From NCBI RefSeq assembly GCF_018977255.1, contig NW_024704742.1, forward strand, positions 108,812,001 to 108,876,000: a stretch of DNA of 64,000 nucleotides. Reading direction: 5' to 3'. Within the stretch, counting starts at the first letter, position 1. Each line of letters starts with the position of its first letter. The notes beneath the pieces were generated by a model that was not told the origin of the DNA, made no database searches, and worked only from the letters and a program-made list of their open reading frames with translations. Origin of the DNA: Callorhinchus milii (lineage: Eukaryota). Both the position numbers and the translations under genes were made by a program. Positions 36,876-50,806 of the stretch are shown here, one piece after another.

Positions 36876-37794
36876 AAAAGACCTTGAAGTTGTTGCTAAT
36901 TGAAAAGAAAAGGGAGTTTCTTGCAGTGTCTCAGTCAACAATTCCCCAAATAAATTGATCATTGATTTATTGGTCATTGGCTATTTGCAGGACATTGCTG
37001 TGTGCAAATTATCTGCCACTTCGCCTAAAAATATAATTACTATTAGTAATCGTAATTTTTGTTAAGTGTTTTGAGGCAAAACATTTTTGATCATTTGCTG
37101 CTAAAGACCAGTCAATATATTTAACTATAAGAATGCTTACAGAGAACATACAATTTTTTTTGCAACAGCTAAGAAGTTTAACAACAATGAGACAACAACA
37201 ACTTGCAATTATATAGCACCCTTTCTGCGGGGCAGCATTTCAGAGGGCTTAGTGTTCTGGCCATATCTTCCAGCCTGCAAGTGCAGGAGATAAAACAGAT
37301 TCAATTTGAAGGTTAATGAGCTGATAAAAATAATAATCTTTATATTTCATATCATATCGAGAAACAATCTCACAGGATTTTCTGTAAAGTGTAGTCTGCG
37401 GGTATTTGTAACTGAATTCAACAGCCAATTTGCCCCCAGCAATGTTTCACACTGTCATGAAGAGAATGACCAATTTTCAGATGGAGGATTGTTATGTATA
37501 AAATAGTATAAAAGGGGATTTGCACTCAACTGCAGCTGTCTCATGTATATAAAAAATATCTCATTAGAGAGGAAGGAAATGAGTGATGTAAATTGTACTC
37601 TTGTAACTCTTATAACTTCACAAGCAGATATTGCCCAATATTTGATTTCCTAAATTGTATATAGTTAAAGATAACCTTTTATCTGATGACTGCTCAGTTT
37701 TACTCAGTAACACTTCCACCAAAAATTGCATTATGATTCACTACTATTTTTACAACTGCAGCACAAGAAGATAATATCTGTTGGAGATAATAAT

Positions 37795-38090
37795 AAAAAT
37801 AATAATGCCTACATTTTTTATAACACTTTCACATAGGAGGATATCCCAAAGCACTTTACTGGATATACTCCAAAGTGAAGCAACTGTGTGTTTTGTGGGT
37901 GAATGTGGCAGGCAATTTGTGTACAGCAATGTACTACAAACAGCCATGGAATGATCAATTTTATTTGGTGGATTCTTGGCCAATACACCAGGAATATCTC
38001 CCTTTTCTTTTTGAATAGCACAATGTGATCTTTAACATCCAACTGAACAGGCAGATGGGACCTTGGTTTAACATTTCATCTGAAGGAAGG
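37795..38090 (-). mobile_element. Deu-domain SINE, 3' two-thirds
   Basis: gatctttaacatccaactgaacaggcagatgggaccttggtttaac. Confidence 0.85.
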
Positions 38091-41000
38091 AAATGTCCCT
38101 TGAATTCTTTGAAAAATTCTCAGATTAGATTTATAAATATCTAGGCTGAAACTAGTGTAAACTAGGAGAGAACAGCATTGCTGTCTTTTGGATAAGATAC
38201 TCAACCAAGATCCTATCTATATGTTCTTTAGGTGATCATTAAAGATCCTGTGATACAATTGAGAAAGAGGAGGAAGTATCCTGGCCAACAGACCTCCAGA
38301 ACAATACATGCACATTTCATAGTATTTGTTCCACTAGAGCAATCCTGTCTATCAGGTCTTTGGCTCTCGTCTACAAAATATGTTTACCAAGTCTCATTCA
38401 TAATCTAGACATGTTGGTCAAGCAATAATGGTGCATTGGATTATTGTTAGCCAATCTGGCTTGTCCAGGTAAGAAATACTGTAAAAAATAAACCCAAAGG
38501 AGTACTTCAGCGCATCAATTAAACAACAACAACAACTTGTATTTTTATTGCTACCATTTGCGTAGGATAACATCTTGGAATGCTCATAGCCAAGACTATG
38601 AGCTCAAAGTCCCAACATGAATTTTGGAACTGAGAACCTTCTGACTCAAAGGCAAGAATGCTACCAAATGAGCCAGACTGACTCCTGCAACTACCTGCTC
38701 CTAGGTAAGGTACTTGACTGTCATATCACATCATTGTTTATTCCAAAAATATATGAGCTGAAAAAGCTTCTTCTCCTTCAAGGGACAGGAATACATTTAC
38801 ATAAATTAGTCAGATTGTAAATTTGGTAAACAGACAGGATGAGAAACAGATTGACGTCTGGACATATTGGTGCTGTGTTTGGCTGTCTCTGCCATAATAC
38901 ACCTTGAGAATCCTGGTGACAGAAACATGCAACCAAGTAAACAAAACAAAAGTTATTGCATAACACAATATGCACAATTGGATGATAGCACTGCAATACT
39001 CCACAAACAGAAAGCACTTCTCTTGCTCCACTGCTCAATTACACTGATGCAGATACTGATCATAAAACTTGCCCTTTGTCTCTGAGGAATAATATATCTC
39101 TGACAACATCCCAAATATATTTGGTAAACTATTTACTGGCAATGTTTAACCCCCACTAAATAACATCATATATTAATTAACCCAATAGTACAGGATATAA
39201 CTGGCAGGCAGCTGCTGGAGCAAGAGTAATTGGGCCCAGCAGGGAGCATAAAAAAGTTGGATATGTTGTACACCAAGGACATTCAAAACAAGGGGATAAA
39301 ATCATAAAAATAGAGTTAAAAAAAAGCTAACCTCAGGACCAATATTGAGGTTTTCGTCAGTCACAGTATCTGTTTATGCTAGTTTATACTGGTTTCGGAG
39401 CGGCGCTATTGCAGAACAAACGATCAATGCCAGGAAAATAACCAAAAATTGCAAAAAAAACATTAGCATTTGTATTTGGACTTGGAAGGTTTAATCAGAA
39501 CATGTTCGGGAATAAAGAGAGAGGTACAAAGTGATCACAAGCCTTGGCAGTCAGGTTTTTAAAAAGATTCTAGATAAGGGATGTGGAGAAAGGGCAGGTA
39601 AATGGAACTGAAAGGATTGCTCTTGAGGGAGCCTATACAGACTTGATGGGCTGAATGGCCTTCTTCTGTGGTTTCTATATACTGGCTATACAGATATCAG
39701 ATTTGGTTGAATGTGATGCCCTAAATTCAGCCACAATTCTGATCTCCAACATAATATAACCATTTCAGATGACAGTGGGACTGATATCTGGCAGCACACG
39801 ATGCCAAATCACTTTACGGAAGGTGGGAGCAGTTCTTTTAAAAGTGATTTTCGATGGCTCAAAGCCATTTATTGCATTTTATCCAATAAAAATATAAAAC
39901 ATTAAAGATAGACAGGGACACATCATGAATCCAAACACGGATCCAAGATCTGGCAATGCCTGGGCCTGTAAGCACATCCTTGGCACTCACAGAGTTAGAT
40001 TGCGTGTTTTGTAATACAATATATCACATCTGGTTAGTAACCTAAAAAGTGGGGACTATTTGGGATCCAGTGATCCTGTATAGTTTGACTGATGGAATAA
40101 AAATGGTGGCTAATGATGTCAATTAACTCTAGGGATAATTATACCTAAATATCATTAATAAATTAATTCAACAGAGTTGATTACTAGCTGCCACTGGGTA
40201 TGACCCCACCCCATTCTATCACGATGATTGGCCCCGAAGCCAGCCCATGCTTTGCATTTATGCATTGCCCATAGGGTGCACCATTGGACTGTCATTTCAT
40301 AGGAGAGTGTCAACAAACCTTCAGCATTTCTGCCACCAGCTTCTCAAGAGGACCCTTTGGAACTCTATCCCAGAGCCTCTCCATCTCTGCCTCCATCAAG
40401 GCCCATCTTAAGACCTTCGTTTTCGACAGTGCCTTCAGTCATCTTCCCTCCTCCATCCCTCTTGCCCTCCACCCCTCTCTGATCCCAACACACAGCTTCT
40501 TCATTTAAAGCAGGAAATTAGCATACTAGAACAGTCAGTAAAAGTAAAACATTCTGGTTAATTCATGCCATCTGCTTGGTTTATCAGCTTCCTGTAATCG
40601 TATATCACATCCTGGGACAAAGGTCACCTAGTTGGTTCATTATCATTATTTATCTGAGCAACAATAATTTACTTGATACAGTAATTGGAAAATTGTGGCC
40701 AATATTATTTTTATTGCATCCTTGAGTTAACGGGACTTCCTCCACATAAGACAAACTTCTTTTCAATTTCATTTTAATGTCATAAACTGTGTCAAAATAC
40801 ATCATCGAGTCATATGATGTGATGTTTGAAATTTGTAGAACAGTCAGCAAAATGCAGAACAATCCTAGTCAAACCAGGATGTCTTCTTAATTTTAGAAAA
40901 TTACGTTTACACAATCTGGGGCAAAGATCAATTGCTTGCTCCATTACTAATAATTTGAATAGCCGTAATTTACAGGATGGCCTGAAAACTATTATTGACA

Positions 41001-41456
41001 TTTGGTACAGCAAGGCTCCTCTTCTCACCAATTAAAAATGTATAATTTCCCAAAGGGTAATACTCTTATGTTGTGTTTAAACCACAGTGCAACAAATAGC
41101 AGTAATTTACTACAAACAATGCGGGATAAACCAAGGTTTTATTCTGAACTATTGGTTGTTTTTCCATTAACATCACTGCAATGTAAACAGCAGTTGGCTT
41201 CACTACACCAATTGATATCTTGAAAGTTCTTAGCTCCATTAGTCATTATTTAATAGGCTGATTTCATGCTAAAATTAATAATATTGAAATTTTTGTGCAG
41301 CATTCTGAAAATGGTGTTAGTTTTTCTGAGTCTTCAATGCAATGAGCAATAGGAATTATGAATCAAACCTCTTGATCCACATCACTTGACTACTAAAAGT
41401 GAAGGTAATTCTCTTCACGCAGTATAAATGCAGCATAAACATATACAGATGATACT

Positions 41457-41826
41457 AACTTGTAATCCTGTTGGTTAGAACACTCGCTTCGCAAATGAGA
41501 GGACCTGGGTTTGATTCCCTTCCGCAAGTTTCCTTACTCCACATGCCCTGTCTACGTAGCAGCAAGTAAGAATTCAGTTTTTGTCGATTGACGGATCGCT
41601 TTTCTGGGGGTAATAATCCCTTCGAATAAATAAAATAATAATAATAATTTGGTCACTCAATCCATGACTGTTTGTGGGTCACTACTGTGTGCAATTGGCT
41701 ACTGCAATTTGCCCACAAAATATGCAATCAATTCACTTTACAATATATTCTATTAAGTACTTTGAGACATCTCAACAAAAACGTGATAGGATGCTATATT
41801 GAATGCAAGGATTATTATTATTTATT
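41457..41826 (+). mobile_element. SINE family A
   Basis: tggttagaacactcgcttcgcaaatgagaggacctgggtttgattccc head; ttccttactccaca body; tail. Confidence 0.88.
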
Positions 41827-42071
41827 ACTTGGATCTACAGCTACGATAATGAATCACAGATCCAGTATTTTTGCACAAATACAAAATAGTCTCAAACTCA
41901 TTATTGGCTGATGACCTGGGCCAGTAGAAAAGTGACAGAAATATTTGCCCCAAATTGTGGGGAGATTTGTAACTTTGTGAGGAAATTTTTGACAAATTTT
42001 GCAGAACATTGCCTGGTGTTGATTGGTGCTATTGAGGAACATTTTACAGTGCGAGCAGCTCACGGGCCAGA

Positions 42072-43108
42072 AACAACAACAAAATTACATTTGTATGTGC
42101 CTTTCATGTCAGGAGGATGTCCCAAGGCACTGGACAGACAGAGTTATAGATCCGAGCTGAGGGCGGGGGAAAGCAGGGAGATCGAAAGCACATTGAAGAG
42201 GAGGGTCTTGAGATGGGTCTTGAAGGTGCCGAGGGAGGGGGCGACGCGGAGGAACTGCGGGATGGAACAACAACAACAATAAAATTATATTTGTATAGCG
42301 CCTTTCACGTCGGGAAGATATTTATAACGGGTTTGTGAATAGTGGAGCCGGGGAGACCAGTGAGGAGGGTGTTTGAGTAGTCGAGGCAGGAAATGACAAA
42401 GGCGTGGACAAGGGTTTCGGCAGGTTTTGAAGTGAGGTATGGACAGAGGCAGGCACTGTGGCAGAGGTGGAGGAAAGCAGTCCTGGCCAGGAACTGGATG
42501 TGGGGTACAAAGAATAACTGGGGATCGAACCTGACGCCTAAGTTGCGCATGGCTTCGGTTAGTCTTAGGGAGAGATCGGGTAGGGTGAGGAGGTCTGAAC
42601 CACAGGAGAAAAGACGTTGACGGTAGCCAAAGATTATGGCTTCCATCTTGTCAATGTTCAGCTGCAGAAAGTTTGCACTCATCCAGGCCCTTGATGTCCC
42701 TCAAGCAGGCTGACAGAAATTCAATGGACTAGAAGTCGCAGCTGGAGGAAGTAGATTTGTGGGTCTAGTGCATACGTGTGTGAGTTTACCCATGTCTGTG
42801 GGTGACATCGCCAAGAGGGAGCATATAGATGAGGAAAAGAAGGGTTCTAAGGATGGAATGGGGGCGAGAGGAAAAACATTTGCTGAGATGAAGTGGTGGC
42901 GGTTGGTTAAGTTGGACTTGAACCACGCGAGTGTGGTCCCGTGAAGGTAGATGAGGAAGGAGAGATGGTGGAGGAGGATGGCAGTGTTGACTGTGTCAAA
43001 TGCAGCGGAGATGTCCAGGAGGACGAGGTGGCAGAGGGAGTCCTGGTCACAGAGAGAGAGGACGTTATTTGTTACTTTGACAAGCACTGTCTCTGTGCTG
43101 TGGGCTAG
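42072..43108 (-). mobile_element. Compound L2: 3' end (42072-42265), a second tail (42267-42320) and an ORF2 fragment (42330-43108)
   Basis: LVLLDISAAFDTV, NFLQLNIDK and HAFVISCLDY; two (aac)n tails. Confidence 0.88.
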
Positions 43109-43117
43109 TTAGTTGTT

Positions 43118-43300
43118 AATAATAAAAAAAATAATAATAATAATTTGGTCACTCAATCCATGACTGTGGGACACTGCTATGCGCAATTGGCTGCTGTGTT
43201 TTTACCACAAATATACAGTCAATTCACTTTACAGTATATTCTGTGAAGGGCTTTGAGATGTCTAGAAGACATGAAAAGTGCTATATCAAATGCAAGGATA
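43118..43300 (+). mobile_element. SINE family A, 3' half
   Basis: tttggtcactcaatccatgactg...tatcaaatgcaaggat. Confidence 0.8.
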
Positions 43301-43462
43301 AATATTTCTTAATATGTTTAAAGGCTTATTGTTGGTTTTAAAAAACTAGAAAGTATATTTCTCTATATATCAATAACTAAAGAATTCATCAAAATATTTT
43401 TAGGAAAATAAATTATGCTTTTCAGGATTATCTGCCAAATGAAATCAATATTTGGTCTAAAA

Positions 43463-43780
43463 TAATACAATAATCCTTACATTTGACCCGGCATTTTATT
43501 ATGTCATTGAAACACCTCACAGTTGTGACTGTGTATTTTAAGGCAAATGCAGCTGACAAATTGCATACAGAAATGTCTGACAAATAGCCAATAATTAAAT
43601 GACCAATTTTATTTGAGAGATTATTGTCCAGAACTACAGGAGAAATTCTCACCTCTTTTACTGCCATTGGGATCTTGAACAGGCACCTAAAGGAGCAGGC
43701 TAAGTTTAACATCTCATCCTGAAGTGCAAAGTCTTTCACTGAGCTCAAAGTCCCAACATGGAGCTTAAAACCCACACATT
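43463..43780 (-). mobile_element. Deu-domain SINE, degraded
   Basis: Tail plus tgccattgggatcttgaac...gtttaacatctcatcc. Confidence 0.65.
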
Positions 43781-44393
43781 TCTTCTCCTGGAAGCTGGTG
43801 TAGATGGGAAAATATAGTAGCTAGATGAACACATTGACCTATGGGAACTTTACTTCCAGAGCAGAGAGGTGCAGATTGCTGGAAATTCCAATAAAATTTC
43901 TCAATCTGTGATTGTTAATAAGAAATACTCTTAAGAAATACCACAAAATAGACTCTGTCATTTCCCTGCGACATTAGAAAGCATAGGTTTGGTTTGAAAG
44001 CTAACAAATCCAAAAAACAATGTTTCCCTTTTGCTTTGAAAGTATTCTAATTTAAGGAAATAAAAAAGATACAATTTTTCAGATTATTGTGTAATCTAAT
44101 GACACTTAAATTACAGCACTGTGTACTAATGTTATCAGCTTCAAGTATTTTAATCACCCTCTCAGCACCCTCTGTTATTTCAGCACCCTCTGTTGTGTGT
44201 ATCAATAGTTTTATTACTACAGCAATCACCTGGTATTAATATGCCCATTTCAGGGGAGGGAACAGTGAATGATTCACAAAGTTGAACTAATTGTTTATTA
44301 ATATTTTAATATCTAGAGTCACAGCTGTTAAATATATACTGACCACAAACTAACTTGGCTCCACATACACCTTTAGTTTTTTTCCCCAATTTT

Positions 44394-44642
44394 ATAATAA
44401 TAATCCTTGCATTTGATATAGCGCCTTACCACGTCCTCGGTTGTCTCAAAGCCCTTCACAGAATATACTGTGAAGTGAACTGACTGGATACAGAATATAC
44501 TGTAAAGTGAAACACAGCAGCCAATTGTACACAGCAGTGTCGCACAAACAGTCGTGGATTTAGTGACCAATTTTTTTTTTTGGGGGGGCGATTATTATCC
44601 CCAGAAAAGCGATCCCCCAATCGACTAACAACTGGGTTTCTA
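44394..44642 (-). mobile_element. SINE family A, 5'-truncated
   Basis: gaaaagcgatcc...cgactaacaac body plus tail; internal duplication of about 32 bp. Confidence 0.82.
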
Positions 44643-44767
44643 TTTTCTCATCTGGTGACCTCAAGATGATGAATTATGTTAAGATGTGTTTCTATTCTTG
44701 CTTGCAACTAAGCAGCGAGTCAGTCAGCTGTTCATCCACAGTTGGAGGGGAAGGGGAAAATCTTCAT

Positions 44768-44963
44768 GTCAGTCTGGCTCTGCTGGTAGCAACTCTTGCC
44801 TCTGAGTTAGAAGGTTGTGGGTTCAAGCCCCGAGCACCTCAATTGGCTGCTACATTTGCCTACTAAAACACAGTACTAAACTTTATTATATATCATATGA
44901 AGCACTTTGAGACATCTTTCTGACGTGAAAGGCGCTATATCAAAGGTAAGGATTATTATTATA
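44768..44963 (+). mobile_element. Deu-type SINE lacking most of the Deu domain
   Basis: Head gtcagtctggctctgctggtagcaactcttgcctctgagttagaaggttgtgggttcaagccc joined almost directly to caattggctgc...tail. Confidence 0.75.
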
Positions 44964-46664
44964 ACAATATTTAATAATTTCAATGAAAATGTATTATGCT
45001 GGTTGCTTTATGTGGAAATCCATCATTATTTTACTCTAAATTAATGTAAATATCATAACTGATTTGGTATATTGGCTTTATGAAGTTGTTTTTGAGGACA
45101 TGTCCTATACATCCCTGATAAATTACAATATAGGAGTGTGACCTTTTTCCAGGGCATGTAATTCCTGGCCTTTTTCTAGCAATTCTCATTTCTCTCTCTT
45201 CCCATAGTTTTGTTCACTCGTCATTGTTCATAGAAATCATTGTTCAGCAACATGCAGGTTATCCCTTAGTGTTCTGTCAGTCTAATCTGCAGCTTTCCAG
45301 CCATTATCTCTAGCTAAGCATTTGCATTGTTTTAATGTGATAATGTAGCTGCTGCTTCAGGCCTTAACCACAACAGCTCATGGCCTTTCAGATGGGCGCT
45401 GTTCTCATTCTGTTGTGTCAGGTTCCTGCCTCAGTTTACATAGGGATATGCTTTCAATTCATTTTACACAATGAGCACAGACTGATTACATTTATGGGGT
45501 GTCTAACATAGATGATCTTTATTGCCTTATAGTGTGGAATTACAGTTGAGTCTCTCCTCATTGACACCCCTAAAAAGACAACTCACTATTAAGACCACTT
45601 TGATGGAGAACAAAATCTCAAAATTACTCCAGTGATGAGGGTAAAATAGGTTAGGTTATGGATTGCTCTTAACTGCAAATTCCCACAGTTTACAATCTTT
45701 TTTGCGTGATGCTTCATGTAATTGATAGTTTAGCCCTCCTTGATGAGTTAATGACATTTACAATAATAAACACTCATTATTAAAGTAGTTAACCTTACGA
45801 CCATACAACGGAGAAATGAATCCATAAATGAAATCGGTATCCCTGCCAGTTATCCATAAATAACTGATATATTTCATGATACTTGGATCATGATTAATTC
45901 TGCAGCCTATTATATGTAGTTTTTTATTGTGTCCATTTGACAGGTAGCTCTTCAACACTTTTAGTGCTTTCACATGGAGGTTCGAGCTGTTGTAACAGAG
46001 AATCATTCCACTTGTATGACATCAAAGTCCAATGAATATTATCACCACTATTGAGTCATCAAACTACACCAGTCTTTTATTCGCTTTAAAAATAATGAGT
46101 TGGACAGATTTCCAGATGTTCAGAAGGACTTTGGCAGCATTTCAATAGATGTTAATGTTTGATCATTATTGAAATGTTTGCTTCGGGATTGGCTGCAATA
46201 CGAATTGTATTCGCTTACTCTTTTTCATAAAATATTCTTTGTTTTAAATAAGCAAATGTTCTTGATTCTATAGGTCAGCCCATTTTGATAGCCCCACCCA
46301 AAATATGTTAACCGAGGCCTGAAATTCAATATTCTCCTTCAACCAAGTGTTCCTGATTGTTTATAACCCAGGTTATGCGTCAAGGCCTGTTGGGTCACCA
46401 AGAGTAGGGCAGAGAGTTACAGGATGACTGTTGGTTTTAGTACACCCTTGTTCTTCCTGGTACATCTTTGGGAAGCACTGATCCTTGTGGACAAAAGATA
46501 TCCAATACAGCCTCTGCTGTAGTAGCTGTACTGGATGGGGGTGGAATGGTGTCAAGAATTCTGAACAGCCGTCCAATTGGGCAACAAATGCGACAAATGA
46601 TGTAAAATTTCATAGAATTGTAAAATAATACAAATTTACAGAGCAGAAGGAGGCTATTCCTCCC

Positions 46665-46955
46665 GTTGGGTATGTACCTCCTCACGACTGGCTCCAGCTT
46701 TCTGTATGTCCCTCGTGTCCTCCGTTCCACCATTGGCGGCAGCTCTTTCAGCCACTATGCCCTGAAACACTCTTCCTTTATCCCTCTGCCTTGCCCCTTC
46801 CTTCCCCATCTTCGTGTTGTGCTTGAAGACCTTCATCTTCGACCGTACCTACAGTCACCTCCCACTCCCCCCGACTTGGGGTCATACTACTCCACTGTCA
46901 ATCGCTCTAGGATGCTACCCTGTCTGAGGGGTGGTATATAAATGCGTTGTTATTG
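46665..46955 (+). mobile_element. L2 3' end (type B)
   Basis: STIGGSSFSHYA; gatgctaccctgtctgagggg...tatataaatgcgttgttattg. Confidence 0.82.
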
Positions 46956-47009
46956 TGCCACTCTCAGCACAAGCTTTTCATTCAAACCCACTGCCTCACC
47001 CTATCTCTA

Positions 47010-47285
47010 CAAAAACACAAACAACTTGCATTTATATAGCGTCCTTCACACAGGGAAGCATCCTGGAGCACTTCACAGTGGCAGAGTCTGACATCAAGCC
47101 ACAGGGGGAGGGAGGGGGGGAGGTGATAGTTAGCATGATCAAGAAGGAAGGTCTTTAGACGGGATTTGAAAGTGGGGAGGGAGGGGGCAAGGCAGAGGGA
47201 TTGAGGAAGAGAGTTCCAGAGTTTCAGGGTGCACGACCACTGATAGTTGAGCAGAGGGGACCAGGGACAAACAGAATGCCAGAGC
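47010..47285 (-). mobile_element. L2 3' end (type B)
   Basis: acaacttgcatttatatagcg tail and G-rich body. Confidence 0.8.
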
Positions 47286-47329
47286 CTCCTTTATACCCGT
47301 TTAAGCCTCTAACTTTCATGTATCTGTCT

Positions 47330-47660
47330 TCTCACAGTGGACTCTGCCTCTACCAGCTTACTTGGCAAGGCATTCCACATCCTAACAACTCTCTCTGTGA
47401 AAAATTCTCTTAAACTCTCCATTCACTCTTCTTGTGACCATTTTATAACTATCTTATAATGAACGTTGGTCATTGACTCCCTTATTATAGGAAATAGCTC
47501 CTTCCTATTACCTTGTCGAAGATACTTTTCTCAAAGATGTGTTGGGTTATCTTGTTTGACATTACCTTGTCAAAGATACTTTTCCACCTTTACCAGATCC
47601 CCTCTCTGTTCCAATGAAAAGAGACCCAACATCTCAACCCCTAGTCCACGTAAAAGGAAT
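47330..47660 (-). mobile_element. Old CR1 3' fragment
   Basis: gcattccacatcctaacaactctctctgtgaaaaa is the reverse of the CR1 FFSQRVVRMWNA segment. Confidence 0.65.
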
Positions 47661-47919
47661 CCACCTTCAAATTTCCCTTCATAATGAACTGAGCCATGAT
47701 ATTGAAAGGATAGCATCTTCTAATGATTTGATGCTTTATTGGAACCAATTGTATGGTTAGATTCCTTCCCTCCGCTCCTCCTGGCTCGGAGTCTCTGCCA
47801 CTGTTAAGCGCTCTGAAACTCTACCCTGCATGGAGGGCGTTATATAAGTGCAAGTTGTTGTTGTCGTTGGTGATCCATGTTTGTACCCTGTTGAAAAGTA
47901 ATGGTGTTTACAGTAATAG

Positions 47920-48281
47920 TAGTCTTATCACTTAGTGGTTAGAGCACTTGCCTCGCAAGCAAGAGGACCTGGGTTCAATTCCCGACAGGGCAGAATGATA
48001 GGCAAGTTTCCTTACTCCACACGCCACTTAACAGTAAGCAGGAACCTGGTAGTTAGTCAATTGGCAGATCGCTTTTCCGGGGGTGATAACTCCTTCAAAT
48101 AATTTAAGAAAAGGTCACTCGATCCACGACTGTTTGTGGAACACTGCTGTGCGCAATTGGCTACTGCGTTTCGCCCACAAAATGCACAATCAACTCACTT
48201 TACAACATGTACTGTGATGCACTTTAAGATGTCTCCACTATGTGATAAGGCACTATATCAAATGTAAGGATTATTATTATT
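47920..48281 (+). mobile_element. SINE family A, full length
   Basis: agtggttagagcacttgcctcgcaagcaagaggacctgggttcaattccc head (Ala-CGC-like anticodon arm), CORE-like body, tail. Confidence 0.9.
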
Positions 48282-48282
48282 C

Positions 48283-48390
48283 GAACAGCCATAGAGCAGA
48301 GAATGAAAGGTGCCAGAAAGTAGGCCATAACTTAGACTTTGGCGTTTGTGACACTCAATGTTAGCTGATAATGCAGTGAAATATATAAGC
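48283..48390 (+). repeat. Unclassified repeat Y, copy 2
   Basis: gaacagccatagagcagagaatgaaaggtgccagaaag...cagtgaaatatataa matches the reverse of 29405-29514. Confidence 0.75.
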
Positions 48391-49139
48391 CACAAATAAA
48401 TGCTGCAGTGACTGAAGCAGAAATACAATCACTGTGAGACAAATCAACTTTATGGATCAAAATCAATTGAGAAACCAGGCCAATTTTCCTCCTACTTGCC
48501 AAGTCTAAAAGCTACCCCAGGTTAAACACAGACACTGAATTCTGAAGCAGATGGACCAAATCGGACATTCTATCTAAATATTAAATGTGATGTTAGTTAA
48601 TTATTTATGTAATGTCTCGGCATGTCACCAGACAGGCATACGCATTTGCCAAATATAGGCATGCGCCCAACACACCTTTGTTTTAAATAGGTGTTAAAAT
48701 GGAACTCAGATCCTTTTCATAGGAGTTAATAATTCAAACTTGTGTCCTGATAATGATGGTCAAAGGGCCAGAGGTAATTTTTCAAAGTGTTCAAAACAGT
48801 TAAAGGCATATGTATTTTGTTGAAAATATGTTGGACACCATTATTATTAGTAAAGAAAAAGTAATTTTAAATATTGATTTCATTTATTTTTAAGAGCCTA
48901 TTGCAAATATAAATATTCTGTTCAGAAAGCAGGTATAAGCAACTACACATGTAAATATAATTTTTAAAAAATCACATATTAAAAAGAAATGAACTTGATT
49001 TGATAAGGTTTGAGCAGTTTAAGTTATGAAAAGAGACTTGAGAAGTCAGGGCTTTGTTCCACCAAACCGAGAAGACTAAGAAGTGACCCAAAAAAGGTCT
49101 TAAAGATCTTGATGGGTCAGATTATTTCCACCATTAGGG

Positions 49140-49370
49140 TGTCAGCCTAGCTCAACTGGTAACACTCTCAGCTCTGAATCCGAAGGTTGTGGCTTCAAGC
49201 CACATCAGGACTTGACTTGGAACTCACATAGTTTAAGATCCCTCAGCCCAATACCGAGCTGAGGGAGCTGCATTGTCACGCAACTTTGCAATATATCCTG
49301 TGAAGTGTTTTGGTACATCCTCCTAACATGAAAGGCATTATACCAAATGCAAAGATTATTGCTATTATTG
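49140..49370 (+). mobile_element. Deu-type SINE, internally deleted
   Basis: Head gtcagcctagctcaactggtaacactctc...gaaggttgtgg, ctgagggagctgcattgtc, then tail. Confidence 0.7.
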
Positions 49371-49488
49371 CTGGTTGGAGAGTCAGTCTTGTGCATATGT
49401 ATATTTAAAACATCACAAAAAGAATTTGCGAGGTTAAAATAGAAATTATGTATGTCAAAGGAATCCTCAGCCATAAAGCATTCATATT

Positions 49489-49712
49489 ATAGAATTATAC
49501 AGGAGGCCATTCGGTCCATCGTGTCTGTGGCGGCTCTTTTAAAAGAGCTATCCAAATCGATCCCACTCCCCCGCTCTCTCCTCGTAGGCCTGCAAACTTG
49601 TCCTCCCCAAATAATTATCTACTTCTCTCTTAAAAGTTGTTATCGAAACGGCTTCCACTACTCTTTCAGGCAATGCATTCCAGATCCGAACAACTCGCTC
49701 TGTGAAAACGTA
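49489..49712 (-). mobile_element. CR1 3' end
   Basis: aggaggccattcggtccatcgtgtctgtg...caggcaatgcattccagatccgaacaactcgctctgtgaaaa. Confidence 0.88.
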
Positions 49713-49819
49713 TTGTTAAACCGGATCCAGATATTATTTTAAATGGATTATTATTTTGACTGTAATAAAACGGGATATATAGTATTATGCTAAGAACTGA
49801 TTTAGCATTTCTGTGAAAA

Positions 49820-50092
49820 TTAATAATCCTTGCATTTGATATAGCACCTTATCACATCTTCAAGACGTCTCAAAGCGCTTCACAGAATATAGTGTAAAGT
49901 GACTTGACTGTATATTTTGTGGGTGAAACGCGGCAGCCAATTGTGCACAGCAGTGTCCCACAATCAGTCGTGGAATTGAAGTGACTAATTTATTACTATT
50001 ATTATTTAAGGAATTATTACCCCCCGAAAAGCGATCCACCAATTGACTAACAACCAGGTTCCTACTTACCTCTAGTAAGCAGAGCCATGTGA
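49820..50092 (-). mobile_element. SINE family A lacking its head
   Basis: Well-preserved body and tail. Confidence 0.88.
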
Positions 50093-50806
50093 ATTTCTAA
50101 GAGAGATGGAGAGGCATGAATATCCAGCTCGCCATCAAACCACACGTTGTTGAGCGCTACATGTCGCTACCTGGGTGAAGGGCACTTTTTAAATTCAAGT
50201 TGTTGCTGTTGAATTGGGGTGGTGGGGATTTGAAACCCCCTCTACCTCATTGGTTCAAAGACAATTAGTTGCAAATCAAGAAAGTAAGACCAGAGGCCAA
50301 AAATAGAAATGAGTGAAAAGTAAATTAAGAACAGACGTAACAAAAAATGTCTTTCCTCAGATCAAATCAATGGAATGTGTTGCTCATCCTCTGTTTAAAT
50401 TCAAGCTGTTTAGATAACTTACATCCACAAGCGACGGCACACAATCTTGGCCTGAAATCTCTCCATCTCTCTTAGGAACTCAAACATGTGGCATGCACAT
50501 TACTTTACTGAAACATTGTCCAGGTCACTATGTGTTCTGCATGTGTCCATTAGAGACATGCCCCGCATCATAAAAATAGCTGAAACATTCTTTAATTATA
50601 ACAAATCTTTAGTATCTAGTTTTCACAATTGGAAAATGATACAGGTCATCGGGATGAGGCACAAATTTCATCAGTTTCGAAATAACATTAATAGCGATAT
50701 ATATATTCACACACAATTACAGTGTGCTGGATTTCCACATGTCCTTACTGTTCTCTGAGGCCTAAATACATCTTCCCATTTATTAAATCCTTGTTGTGTG
50801 GTCTTC

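Noticed and set aside
38778..39085. Overlapping short ORFs and a minus-strand acceptor near 38913
   Set aside because: No frame gives a recognisable peptide, and the donor is weak.
50553..50563. p53-type half-site agacatgccc (another at about 63804)
   Set aside because: These are single half-sites without a well-matched partner.
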